In this document: piece by piece, positions 37,800 through 45,950 of the stretch
Numbering within the stretch: position 1 is the first letter of the stretch
Layout of the letters: each line of letters starts with the position of its first letter
DNA from: Gemmatimonadota bacterium
Lineage (GTDB): Bacteria; Gemmatimonadota; Gemmatimonadetes; Longimicrobiales; Gaopeijiaceae
Assembly: GCA_039589315.1 (NCBI GenBank)
Contig: JBDHHQ010000043.1
Location: 63,785-127,784, forward strand
Reading direction: 5' to 3'
DNA length: 64,000 nucleotides
The notes under the pieces: generated by a model
What the model saw: the letters and a program-made list of their open reading frames with translations, nothing else
Told to the model about the DNA's origin: nothing
The model's database searches: none
Made by a program: the position numbers and the translations under genes

Positions 37800-38465
37800 T
37801 CACTGTCCGGCCGCCTGAATCTCGGCCTGTTCCCAAGCCTGGTAGTCCGCGGCCGTATGAACGGTCAACGTGCCCGCCATGCGGTAGTGACCCAGCCCGC
37901 AGAGCTCGGCACAGCCGACTACGTATTCACCGGTTTCCGTGGCTTCGAACCAGACCGGCGTCTCCATGCCCGGGACGGCGTCCTGCTTGACGCGTAGGTC
38001 GGGCAGGAAAAAGGAATGGATGACGTCTTCTGCCCGGAGGTAGGCGATGATCGGACGGTCTACGACCGCGTGCACTTCGTTCCGCTTCGTGAAGTCGTCC
38101 TCTGTGCCGATGACCCCGTCTTGACCCGGGTAGGTGACGTTCCACTCGAACTGCTTCGCGGAGACGATCACCTCCATCGCGTCCTGGGGCAGCTGCGTGC
38201 GGACACGGGACCATACACCGATGCTGAGCATGCCCACGATGAAGACGATCAGCGCCGTGCCCGCCGTCCAGACGATCTCGGCCCTCGTGTTGCCGTGAAC
38301 GTACTTCGCCTTCCGCCCCTCCTTGTGCCGGTACCGGAAGAGGAAGTAGACGAGGATCCCCTCGCTGAGGAAGAACGCGATTCCCGTGATCCAGAGGATT
38401 ATGTAGTAGATCCGGTCGATGTCCCCACCGAACGTGGAGAAACTCTCGGGAAGCATCCAACTCAT
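37800..38465 (-). CDS. ctaC: Cytochrome c oxidase subunit II (CuA)
   Basis: DVIHSF, KQDAVPG, CAELCGLGHYRM. Confidence 0.94.
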   Translation of the reverse strand: MSWMLPESFSTFGGDIDRIYYIILWITGIAFFLSEGILVYFLFRYRHKEGRKAKYVHGNTRAEIVWTAGTALIVFIVGMLSIGVWSRVRTQLPQDAMEVIVSAKQFEWNVTYPGQDGVIGTEDDFTKRNEVHAVVDRPIIAYLRAEDVIHSFFLPDLRVKQDAVPGMETPVWFEATETGEYVVGCAELCGLGHYRMAGTLTVHTAADYQAWEQAEIQAAGQ

Positions 38466-38577
38466 GAACGTCTCCTTGTCACGGGAGCGATGCCGCGAGT
38501 CGCGTCACTACGGCGCTGCATCGCCCTCCTCGCGCGTGCGATAGCCTGCGGTCCAAGCCAGGCGAGCTCCGCCTGCC

Positions 38578-39441
38578 TCAGTGGTCGGCTCCGGCCGTCG
38601 GGTGATGTGGGATCACCAGCGGTGCGCCCAGCGGCACCACGGCACTCAACGCCATGTCTTCGCTGAACGTGAACGAGACCTCGGCCGTCTGCCCCGACGC
38701 CACGGTCACGTTCTGGGTCTGGGTTCCGTACCGCTCATGCCAGGCCTCGACGACGTAGTCGCCTGGCGGAAGGGTGCTCATGTCGAAGGATCCGTCCGAT
38801 CCGCTGACCGCGAAGTAGGGATGGCCGAGGATCCCGACGTAGGAGCTCATCCACCCGTGCACGTCGCAACGGATCGGGATCATGACCTCCGGCACCGGAA
38901 ACGACCGGGTCGCGTCCATGTTGACCGGCTGGCTGATGTTGAAGCCGCGGTTGGCGGTGGGCGTCGCGTTGATGTTGTGGAGCAGCCCGTCCGAGTTCCG
39001 GATCGTTAGGGTCTGGTTGACCTGGAGCCCGAAGACGTGGGGGTCGTAGCGGCAGCCGTCCTGGTCGAGCACGACCGCGTCACCCGGCGTTGGGAACTGG
39101 AGATCGGGCAAGCCTTCCTTCACGTAGATGAACACGTTGGACAACGTGCCATTGTCGTTGACGATGACGTCGAGGGCCGTGGGCGGGTCCGCGTACTTGG
39201 CTGCGCAGTCCGGCTCTCCGCTCATGTCCACCGCGGACATCGTTGGCGCAGCACCCTCGAACGCGACGGTGCCCGCTACGTTGCCGGCAGTGGCCGCGTC
39301 GACAGGCGATTCAGCCGGTGCCGCTTCCTCGGTGTCGCCGGCTCCCGCACCGGCCCCACCATCTCCGCCACCACAGGCGGCGAGGGCCACCAGGCCCAGG
39401 AAGCATGTCAGTCGACGGTCGTATTTGCGTTGTCCGAGCAT
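38578..39441 (-). CDS. Lipoprotein with cupredoxin-like and carboxypeptidase-regulatory-like domains
   Basis: Lipobox LAAC; DQ.GC.Y.PHV, LHNIN, CDVHGWM. Confidence 0.75.
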   Translation of the reverse strand: MLGQRKYDRRLTCFLGLVALAACGGGDGGAGAGAGDTEEAAPAESPVDAATAGNVAGTVAFEGAAPTMSAVDMSGEPDCAAKYADPPTALDVIVNDNGTLSNVFIYVKEGLPDLQFPTPGDAVVLDQDGCRYDPHVFGLQVNQTLTIRNSDGLLHNINATPTANRGFNISQPVNMDATRSFPVPEVMIPIRCDVHGWMSSYVGILGHPYFAVSGSDGSFDMSTLPPGDYVVEAWHERYGTQTQNVTVASGQTAEVSFTFSEDMALSAVVPLGAPLVIPHHPTAGADH

Positions 39442-39478
39442 TTGACTTTCGCCTCCAATGTTGGCACGTCGAGGACCC

Positions 39479-41101
39479 TCAGTCCTCGTCTCCTGTTCCT
39501 TCCGCCGCCTCGTCTTCGTCCTCCCTGCGCTGCGCCCTGGCGACGACCACCAGACCGAGTCCGGCGGTCAGCGCCATTGCGAGGAGGGGAGCCACGAGGA
39601 CCGTGGGCGGCGTAGGCTCGGTGAGGTACACGAAGTACCAGGAGCTCACCGAGCTCCTGGCGCCTGATTCTCCATTGTCGCCGTCCCAGGCGAAGAAAGC
39701 GACCGGCACGGCCTCGCTCATGGGGAACTGAACGTCGGACGCGGGATCGTCCGTGGCCAGAGCTCGCGTGAACAGAACCCGCCACTGCCCGTTGTCCCAA
39801 GTGGCGTCTGCCGACGTCCCCTGACTCTCGGGCGGCTGCTCCTCGAGCGCTCCGATGCCTCGCCCGACCATCTCCCGGGCGCCCGCCTGGTCGCTTGTCC
39901 AATCCCAGAGGTTGACGGGATCCCGGCCGGTGCCGAAGAGGAAATACGGACGCTCCATCCCCTGAGGGACCTCCACCGGGAACTGGACGGCGATCCTGTC
40001 CGGGAGCGGTTCGTCGGGATGGGGCGTGTCGTCGACCGGCTCCATCGCCTCGGTGATTCGTGAACGCCAGTCCGCCCAGTCCGGGTCGGGGCTGTGGGAG
40101 GGGTCGTTCCAGACCACGCGCAGAGCCAGAGCCTGCCCGTCATGAAGCGCCTGGACCCAGACTCCGTCCACGCGAGGGTCGAACCACCGAGGCTTCACGA
40201 TGATCTGGCCGACCAGGGGCACGTAGTAGCTCTGCGCTTCGCTCCACGCGGGGTCGTCCACCGATGTCGGCACAGCCGCGTCCTCCAGCCTCTCGGCACC
40301 GATGACTTCGGTAATCGCCGGCGGGTCCTCGGGAGCGAGGCTCCGGACGTAGTGGGCGAGATTCCAGAGCTGCTCCTCGGTCCAGACGCCGGCGTCCAGC
40401 ATGTCCGAGTTGGACGGCATGGGCGTCCCGTCGAGACCGGTGCGCAGCGCCCGGTAGATGTCCTCGACCGTGCCCCCGCCGTTGAACAGCCAGTTCTCCG
40501 TCAGGTCCGCGGCGCGGATGGGGAAGTCAAGGTCGTCCTCGAGCGTGGGAGCCGAGCTGCCGTCTCCGCGGCCTGTCTGCCCATGGCAGCGCCAGCACTC
40601 GATCTGCTCCCAGAGCTCCCGGCCCTGCTCGATCCCGGCCTCTGTCGGGCGGGTCGCACCGCCGAACGAGAGCTGCTCCGGCGTCGGAGAGTTGGCGAAG
40701 AAGGCCGAAAACCCCTTGATGTATTCGACGACCGCGAGCCGCTCGTCGCGGCTCAGCACGTCCTCCCACGCGGGCATTGCGGTCCCGGGCATCCCCTCGT
40801 CGATCATCTTCAGGATGTCGTCGTCCGTCGGCAGCTGGCCCGTCGCCGTGGTGCGGATCTGGTAGAGGGCCAGCGTGAAGTCCCGTGGCCTGGGCATCAT
40901 GTAGCCCGCAGCCGGGCCGTCCCCGGCCCCGTCTACACCGTGGCATTCGGCACACCAGCGGTCGTACACGGCCTTGCCCTGATCCGCTGCATCCTGAGCG
41001 GCGGAGGCCGGTGGCAGCGCGACCCAGCCGAGGGTCAGTGCGCAGGCCACAAGGGTTGAAAGGGGCGCCACGGAATCCGACCTCCCACGGGATGGTCGCA
41101 T
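39479..41101 (-). CDS. Diheme c-type cytochrome fused to an ethylbenzene-dehydrogenase-gamma/DOMON-like domain, with C-terminal anchor
   Basis: CAECH and CWRCH; DRIAVQFP, VNLWDW and VAFFAWDG. TGATG overlap with the upstream gene. Confidence 0.85.
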   Translation of the reverse strand: MRPSRGRSDSVAPLSTLVACALTLGWVALPPASAAQDAADQGKAVYDRWCAECHGVDGAGDGPAAGYMMPRPRDFTLALYQIRTTATGQLPTDDDILKMIDEGMPGTAMPAWEDVLSRDERLAVVEYIKGFSAFFANSPTPEQLSFGGATRPTEAGIEQGRELWEQIECWRCHGQTGRGDGSSAPTLEDDLDFPIRAADLTENWLFNGGGTVEDIYRALRTGLDGTPMPSNSDMLDAGVWTEEQLWNLAHYVRSLAPEDPPAITEVIGAERLEDAAVPTSVDDPAWSEAQSYYVPLVGQIIVKPRWFDPRVDGVWVQALHDGQALALRVVWNDPSHSPDPDWADWRSRITEAMEPVDDTPHPDEPLPDRIAVQFPVEVPQGMERPYFLFGTGRDPVNLWDWTSDQAGAREMVGRGIGALEEQPPESQGTSADATWDNGQWRVLFTRALATDDPASDVQFPMSEAVPVAFFAWDGDNGESGARSSVSSWYFVYLTEPTPPTVLVAPLLAMALTAGLGLVVVARAQRREDEDEAAEGTGDED

Positions 41102-41901
41102 CAGTCGTGCTCCTCCCCGCCGCCTTCTTCCTCCCACGTTCGCGGCGTCCATCCGGTCTGCTCGTAGAGGAAGATGATCACAGCCCAGATCTCGTCCTCG
41201 GTGAGGAAGTCCTCCCATGCGGGCATCGCCGAGTTCCACGGCGTCCCCTCAGAGGGGAGTCCGGGCCCGCCCTTCGCGATCCTCCAGAACACGAAGCTCT
41301 CGGTGAGCTGGGCAATCGTTCCGTTGTCCTGGAAGTTGAGCGGCGCCGGATTGAAGCCATGGGCGTAGTGGCCCTGACCGTCCAGCGCGTCACCGTGGCA
41401 GGCCAGGCAGTTCTGGTAGTAGACCGTCCTGCCGACCGCGTAGTCCTCCTCTATCGAGCCGTCCTCCCGGAGCGGGTTCTCGAGACCGGTCAGAGAAATC
41501 GTTGTGCCCTGGAAGGTGATCTCTCCCGGCGGCGCAGGGTGGATGGACCGGAGGCTGGGAGGCGCGGAGACGGACGGGCGGACCCGCTCGAAGGTGATGA
41601 ACGCTACGAGCAGGGGAAGCGACACGAGCAGGATAAGGCGCACGGCCTTCTGCTCCGGCGCCACGAGGACCCGCCGGATCGGTGCCTTGAACTCACGCCA
41701 CCGCTCCTCGTTGTCGCTCACGTACAGCAGCACACCCACCAGCACGGTCAGCATGAACTGAATGAGCACGGTGTTGGGCACCGGCGCGCTCGCGAATCCG
41801 AGCAGTGGCGGCAGATAGGCGATCCCGAAGTCGATGATCACGTAGGAGACCGCCAGGATGGCGACCGCCTGGCCCAACGGGTGCTTCAGCAGCTTCAGCA
41901 C
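41101..41901 (-). CDS. Membrane-anchored monoheme cytochrome c
   Basis: Three TMs, CLACH, SAMPAW. Confidence 0.88.
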   Translation of the reverse strand: MLKLLKHPLGQAVAILAVSYVIIDFGIAYLPPLLGFASAPVPNTVLIQFMLTVLVGVLLYVSDNEERWREFKAPIRRVLVAPEQKAVRLILLVSLPLLVAFITFERVRPSVSAPPSLRSIHPAPPGEITFQGTTISLTGLENPLREDGSIEEDYAVGRTVYYQNCLACHGDALDGQGHYAHGFNPAPLNFQDNGTIAQLTESFVFWRIAKGGPGLPSEGTPWNSAMPAWEDFLTEDEIWAVIIFLYEQTGWTPRTWEEEGGGEEHD

Positions 41902-41929
41902 GTGCGCCCCCCAGACTCGTTCAGCACGG

Positions 41930-42736
41930 TCATTCCTGAGCAGCCAGGTACTGGACGACGACTTCCAGCTGCCCCGCCGTCATCAGCTCACCGAAGTTCG
42001 GGGGCATTGCACCCAGGAGGGCTTCGAAGCCCTCCGAGGCCTCCGCGCCTGGATCCAGGATCGAGCGCCGGATGTCCTCGGCCGAAAACCGACCACCGAT
42101 GCCGTCGAAGGGCGGTCCGAGCTCCACGCCCTCGCCCTCCAACATGTGGCAGATGAAGCACTGGTTGCCCCGCATGATCTCGAGGGGGTCGGTGCTCCCC
42201 GTGGCAGGCGCCGCAGCCGACACGGCCGTGACGGCCCCCGACGGCTCCGCGGCCTCGGCCGCCTGCAGGTCCGTCGCCGAGACGGTCACCGTTCCTCCCT
42301 GGTCCTGGAGGTAGGCGATGACGGCCCAGATCTGAGTGGGCGAGAGGGTCCTGCTCATGTCCGGCATGATCGGCCCGTACTCCCCCATGACGAACGCACC
42401 GGGCTCCACCATGGAGCGGTGCAGGTAGACCTTGCAGTCCTCTCCGGGCACCCGGTTCCCGCAGCGCGCGCCGATCGTGCCCTCGCCCGCCTCGTCGGTG
42501 AGGAGGTTGGGAGCCCGAGTGCCGAGACCGTGGCACGCGCCGCAGCCGCCAGCGCCATTGTAGATCTCCTCGCCCGCCGCAACCAGCTCTTCGGTGCTTA
42601 CGTTGGCAGAGAACGACAGCTCCTCCGGCACCTGGGACTCGATCTGCGGGATGCTGTTCGCGACCCAGGTGTAGGCCGCGAGGGTGCCGACCACCACGAT
42701 GGCGACCTTGAGGTTGATGACGGTCGTACGTGACAT
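41930..42736 (-). CDS. Diheme cytochrome c
   Basis: CGACH and CFICH with MP axial motifs; N-terminal TM. Confidence 0.88.
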   Translation of the reverse strand: MSRTTVINLKVAIVVVGTLAAYTWVANSIPQIESQVPEELSFSANVSTEELVAAGEEIYNGAGGCGACHGLGTRAPNLLTDEAGEGTIGARCGNRVPGEDCKVYLHRSMVEPGAFVMGEYGPIMPDMSRTLSPTQIWAVIAYLQDQGGTVTVSATDLQAAEAAEPSGAVTAVSAAAPATGSTDPLEIMRGNQCFICHMLEGEGVELGPPFDGIGGRFSAEDIRRSILDPGAEASEGFEALLGAMPPNFGELMTAGQLEVVVQYLAAQE

Positions 42737-42742
42737 CGGCGA

Positions 42743-44545
42743 TCAATCTCCGCCCGCGGGTTGAGGGCTGGGAGCCCCGCCCCCAGTGGCCAGACTCGTG
42801 GTGATCGGTTGGGAGATGATGGGCTTTTCGGCGAGGCCGCCGACCCAGAAGATGAAGCCCACGAGGGCCAGGAAGATCAGCACGCACAGCGAGATGATGA
42901 CCGACGCGTACCCGAGCGCCGGCGTCGCCGCCCAGGGGCTGGTGTCGCGGACGACCTCCCAGACGTGCCAATGCTGGCGAATCCCGCTCCTGGCGAAGCC
43001 CATCAATCCCATGAGCCAAGTGAAGCTCACCGCCAGGACGAACAGGGCGTATTGAGAACGGGGCGGCATCTGTCCCCAACGGATCGCGCCCCTGGACTCG
43101 GACCCACGGAGCATGGCGATATCGATCACGACTACCAGCCCGATGGCTGCCAGGACGGCCAGCACCTGATAGACGGAGAAGCCGATGCGTACGATGGCCG
43201 TCACGAAGTAGCCGTAGATGCCGTAGAAGATCACGACCGCGGCCGAGATGACGAAGACGCCGGCCTGCACCAACGTCCCCGTCCGGGCCCAGCCCACCAC
43301 CGGTCGGCGGTTGGCGCGCCGGTACAGCAGGAACGATAGGAACGTGGTGAGAATCATGATGTTCACGGCGGTGTTCTTCGCGCTCATGACTCCCAGCACG
43401 CCGAGGAAGGGATGGTGTGAGCCACCCATCGCCGCGAGCTCCTCCCGATTGGCGATCATCGTATGGGGAGTCGACCATACGATCACACACAGCACGAGAA
43501 TGATCAGCATGTACTTCGTGTACGGCGCGAACCGCTCGGCCCCCGGGATCCGTCCCATTCCCACCCAGAGGTAGTAGTTGCCCGCCAGGAACAGAACCCC
43601 GATGAGGAACGCCTGGATGATCCACAACCAGCTCATGAACCCACCCATCATGGTGATGCCCATCTGCTGGTTGAACTCGTAGATCTCCCTGCCGAGGTAG
43701 TAGCCGGCGAAGGGCAGCACGATGAGCGCCCCGATGGCGATGAAGTTGCCGACGTACCCCATCCAGTCGTAGTGCGCGCGTTCCTCGTCGGTCTTGGCGT
43801 GCAGGAAACGGAAGGCTGCGTAGGCCCCTACGATCGCGCCCCCGAACACGACGTTCGCGATCAAACGGTGGATGTTGATGGGCATCCAGGTCGCGTTGGC
43901 GATGGCGCTCCAGAGCTGCACGGTCTGCGGGGCCGTGTCCGGGGTCACGTCGGCCGGCGGGCTCATCATGTACGTCAGCCAGGAGTTGGCGATGAACATG
44001 ACGATGGTGCCCCAGACGTTGAGCAGGATGCCGAGGCTCCAATGTACGTATTTGGACGCTCCGGCCTTCCAGCGCTCCCACCCGTAGTAGTAGAGGTACA
44101 GGGTAAAGGACTCGAGGAAGAAGAGTCCGACGTAGAACCACATCGACAGCTCGAAGACCGCCGCCAGGTAGCCCCAGAGCGCCGGGTAGAGCGTCCCGAG
44201 CAGGAAAACGAGGATGGCGCCCCAGATCGCCGTCGCCGAATAGGCGATGAGAAGCAGGCGCGTGAATTCCTTCGCCAGCCTGTCGTAGCGCTGGTCCTTC
44301 CCGAAGATGCCGATGGCCTCGGCGACGACCGCGAACATCGGCACACCGAGCACGAACGCTGCGAACAACAGGTGGAGCTGCGCGGCGATCCAGATGGCTC
44401 CGCGGCTGCCGATGATCGGGAAGTCCCCGTAGAGGCGGGGATTCAGCGCCGCTTCCTGCGCGAGGGCGTCGGCCCCCGACAGCAGGAGCAGGAGCCCCAC
44501 GAGCGCCAGCGAGCCGAGGACGCGGAGGCAGCGACCCGAGGTCAT
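42743..44545 (-). CDS. Cytochrome bd subunit I-like protein (Nitrospira-type 'bd-like', no Q-loop)
   Basis: LHLLFAAF (His19-like), FFLES, NIHR (His186-like), HYDWMGY, RSGIRQHW. No CydB nearby. Confidence 0.8.
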   Translation of the reverse strand: MTSGRCLRVLGSLALVGLLLLLSGADALAQEAALNPRLYGDFPIIGSRGAIWIAAQLHLLFAAFVLGVPMFAVVAEAIGIFGKDQRYDRLAKEFTRLLLIAYSATAIWGAILVFLLGTLYPALWGYLAAVFELSMWFYVGLFFLESFTLYLYYYGWERWKAGASKYVHWSLGILLNVWGTIVMFIANSWLTYMMSPPADVTPDTAPQTVQLWSAIANATWMPINIHRLIANVVFGGAIVGAYAAFRFLHAKTDEERAHYDWMGYVGNFIAIGALIVLPFAGYYLGREIYEFNQQMGITMMGGFMSWLWIIQAFLIGVLFLAGNYYLWVGMGRIPGAERFAPYTKYMLIILVLCVIVWSTPHTMIANREELAAMGGSHHPFLGVLGVMSAKNTAVNIMILTTFLSFLLYRRANRRPVVGWARTGTLVQAGVFVISAAVVIFYGIYGYFVTAIVRIGFSVYQVLAVLAAIGLVVVIDIAMLRGSESRGAIRWGQMPPRSQYALFVLAVSFTWLMGLMGFARSGIRQHWHVWEVVRDTSPWAATPALGYASVIISLCVLIFLALVGFIFWVGGLAEKPIISQPITTSLATGGGAPSPQPAGGD

Positions 44546-44555
44546 GGGCGCTTCC

Positions 44556-45950
44556 TCATGCCGAATGGTCCTTGCGCAGGAAGAACGGCAGGCGCTTCGA
44601 GAAGTCCAAGGGCATGCTCCGCCGGACCTCCGCCATCAGGTCCACATCGACGCGGTCGCGGCCGTGCGCCTTCGCGAAGGTCTCGAGGCGATCCGCCACC
44701 ACGCTCCGGACGAAGCTCGGGATCCGGTTCAACCGCTCCCGCGCCTCCGGGGTCCAATCGAGCTCCGTGCCCGCTCCGCTTCCATAGGTCAGTGCTCGTG
44801 GCTCGATGACCGGCTCCTCGCCGGTCGGGTCGTAGACGCACGAATCGTCGGGTCCGAGTGGGTCGCCCGAATCCGCGTAGGCGCGCGCGCGGCAGCCTCC
44901 GCACACCTTGCGGTACTCGCACCGCCCGCAGCGCCCTCCGAGTGCGCCGCTGCGGAGACGCTGGAACACCGGTGACTCGGCCCAGATGGAGCCGAAGTCG
45001 TCCGTCGCCAGGTCTCCTGCGATCAGCGGCATGTACGGGCAGGGCGTGACCTTGCCCTCGGGTGTGATCCGGCAGTAGTGGATACCGCAAGGGCAGCGCG
45101 TCTCGTAGTTCAGGAGCGTCGAGTCGCCCTCTCCGTCCACCACGTGGCGCATGATCTGAGGTTGGCACTTGGATCGGACCATAATGCGACCCCGGTACTC
45201 GGTCTCCAACTCCAGTAGCCGGCCCAGCGTCTCCTCGTTCTCCTCGGGACTCATCCCCCTCATGCCTGTTCCCCGTCCGGTCGGCACCAGGAAGTACAAG
45301 TTGAAGCACACCGCACCTCGCTCCGCCGCCCACGCCACGAGCGCGTCGAGCTCGTGTCGGTTCCCTCTGGTGACCGTGGTCTGGACGACGAAGTCCAATC
45401 CGCGACCTGCCAATCGATCGACGGCCGCGAGCGTGTCGTCCAGCGCACCGCCGCCATGGCGGAAGCGGTCGTGATAGGTGGCGTCGAGCGAATCCACGCT
45501 CAGAGCCACGCCGCTGACCCCCGCGGCCATCAGAGTCCCGATGCGGTCGTCGGTGAGGCGCGTTCCGTTGGTTCCCACAACGACGGTGGCACCTCGGCTC
45601 GAGGCTCGCTCTGCCAGGCCTTCGAGGTCGTCTCGGAGAAGCGGCTCACCGCCCGTGAGGATGAGCATGGGAGCCGGGTTGGCCGCGAGAATCTGGTCGA
45701 GGATGCGCAGGCACGCCTCCGTGGAAAGCTCGCTGTCCTCGGCATGCCATGAACCGGCCGCTATGTAGCAGTGCGAGCACGCCAAGTTGCAGCGTCGGGT
45801 CAGGTTCCAGGCAACGATATGAGGGACGAAGGCACCCTCCGGCCCGATCGGCGTCGCGCGTCCGAACGGCTCGGACCCCAACACGCGCCCTGGGCTCCCG
45901 ACCGGGTCGCGGGCGACGCCCGTCAACACGCCATCGTCCCTCGCGGTCAC
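44556..45950 (-). CDS. Radical SAM/SPASM protein (AhbD/NirJ-like) with C-terminal PCP_red-like domain
   Basis: CNLACSHC, LTGGEP, SPASM cysteines (C.RCEYRKVCGGCRARAY). Start at GTG 45950 overlapping the USP stop. Confidence 0.85.
   Translation of the reverse strand: MTARDDGVLTGVARDPVGSPGRVLGSEPFGRATPIGPEGAFVPHIVAWNLTRRCNLACSHCYIAAGSWHAEDSELSTEACLRILDQILAANPAPMLILTGGEPLLRDDLEGLAERASSRGATVVVGTNGTRLTDDRIGTLMAAGVSGVALSVDSLDATYHDRFRHGGGALDDTLAAVDRLAGRGLDFVVQTTVTRGNRHELDALVAWAAERGAVCFNLYFLVPTGRGTGMRGMSPEENEETLGRLLELETEYRGRIMVRSKCQPQIMRHVVDGEGDSTLLNYETRCPCGIHYCRITPEGKVTPCPYMPLIAGDLATDDFGSIWAESPVFQRLRSGALGGRCGRCEYRKVCGGCRARAYADSGDPLGPDDSCVYDPTGEEPVIEPRALTYGSGAGTELDWTPEARERLNRIPSFVRSVVADRLETFAKAHGRDRVDVDLMAEVRRSMPLDFSKRLPFFLRKDHSA

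Noticed and set aside
39479..44545. Nitrite or Mn oxidation capability inferred from Nitrospira-like genes
   Set aside because: No molybdopterin NxrA/B or porin-cytochrome genes are in the window, so physiology cannot be inferred.
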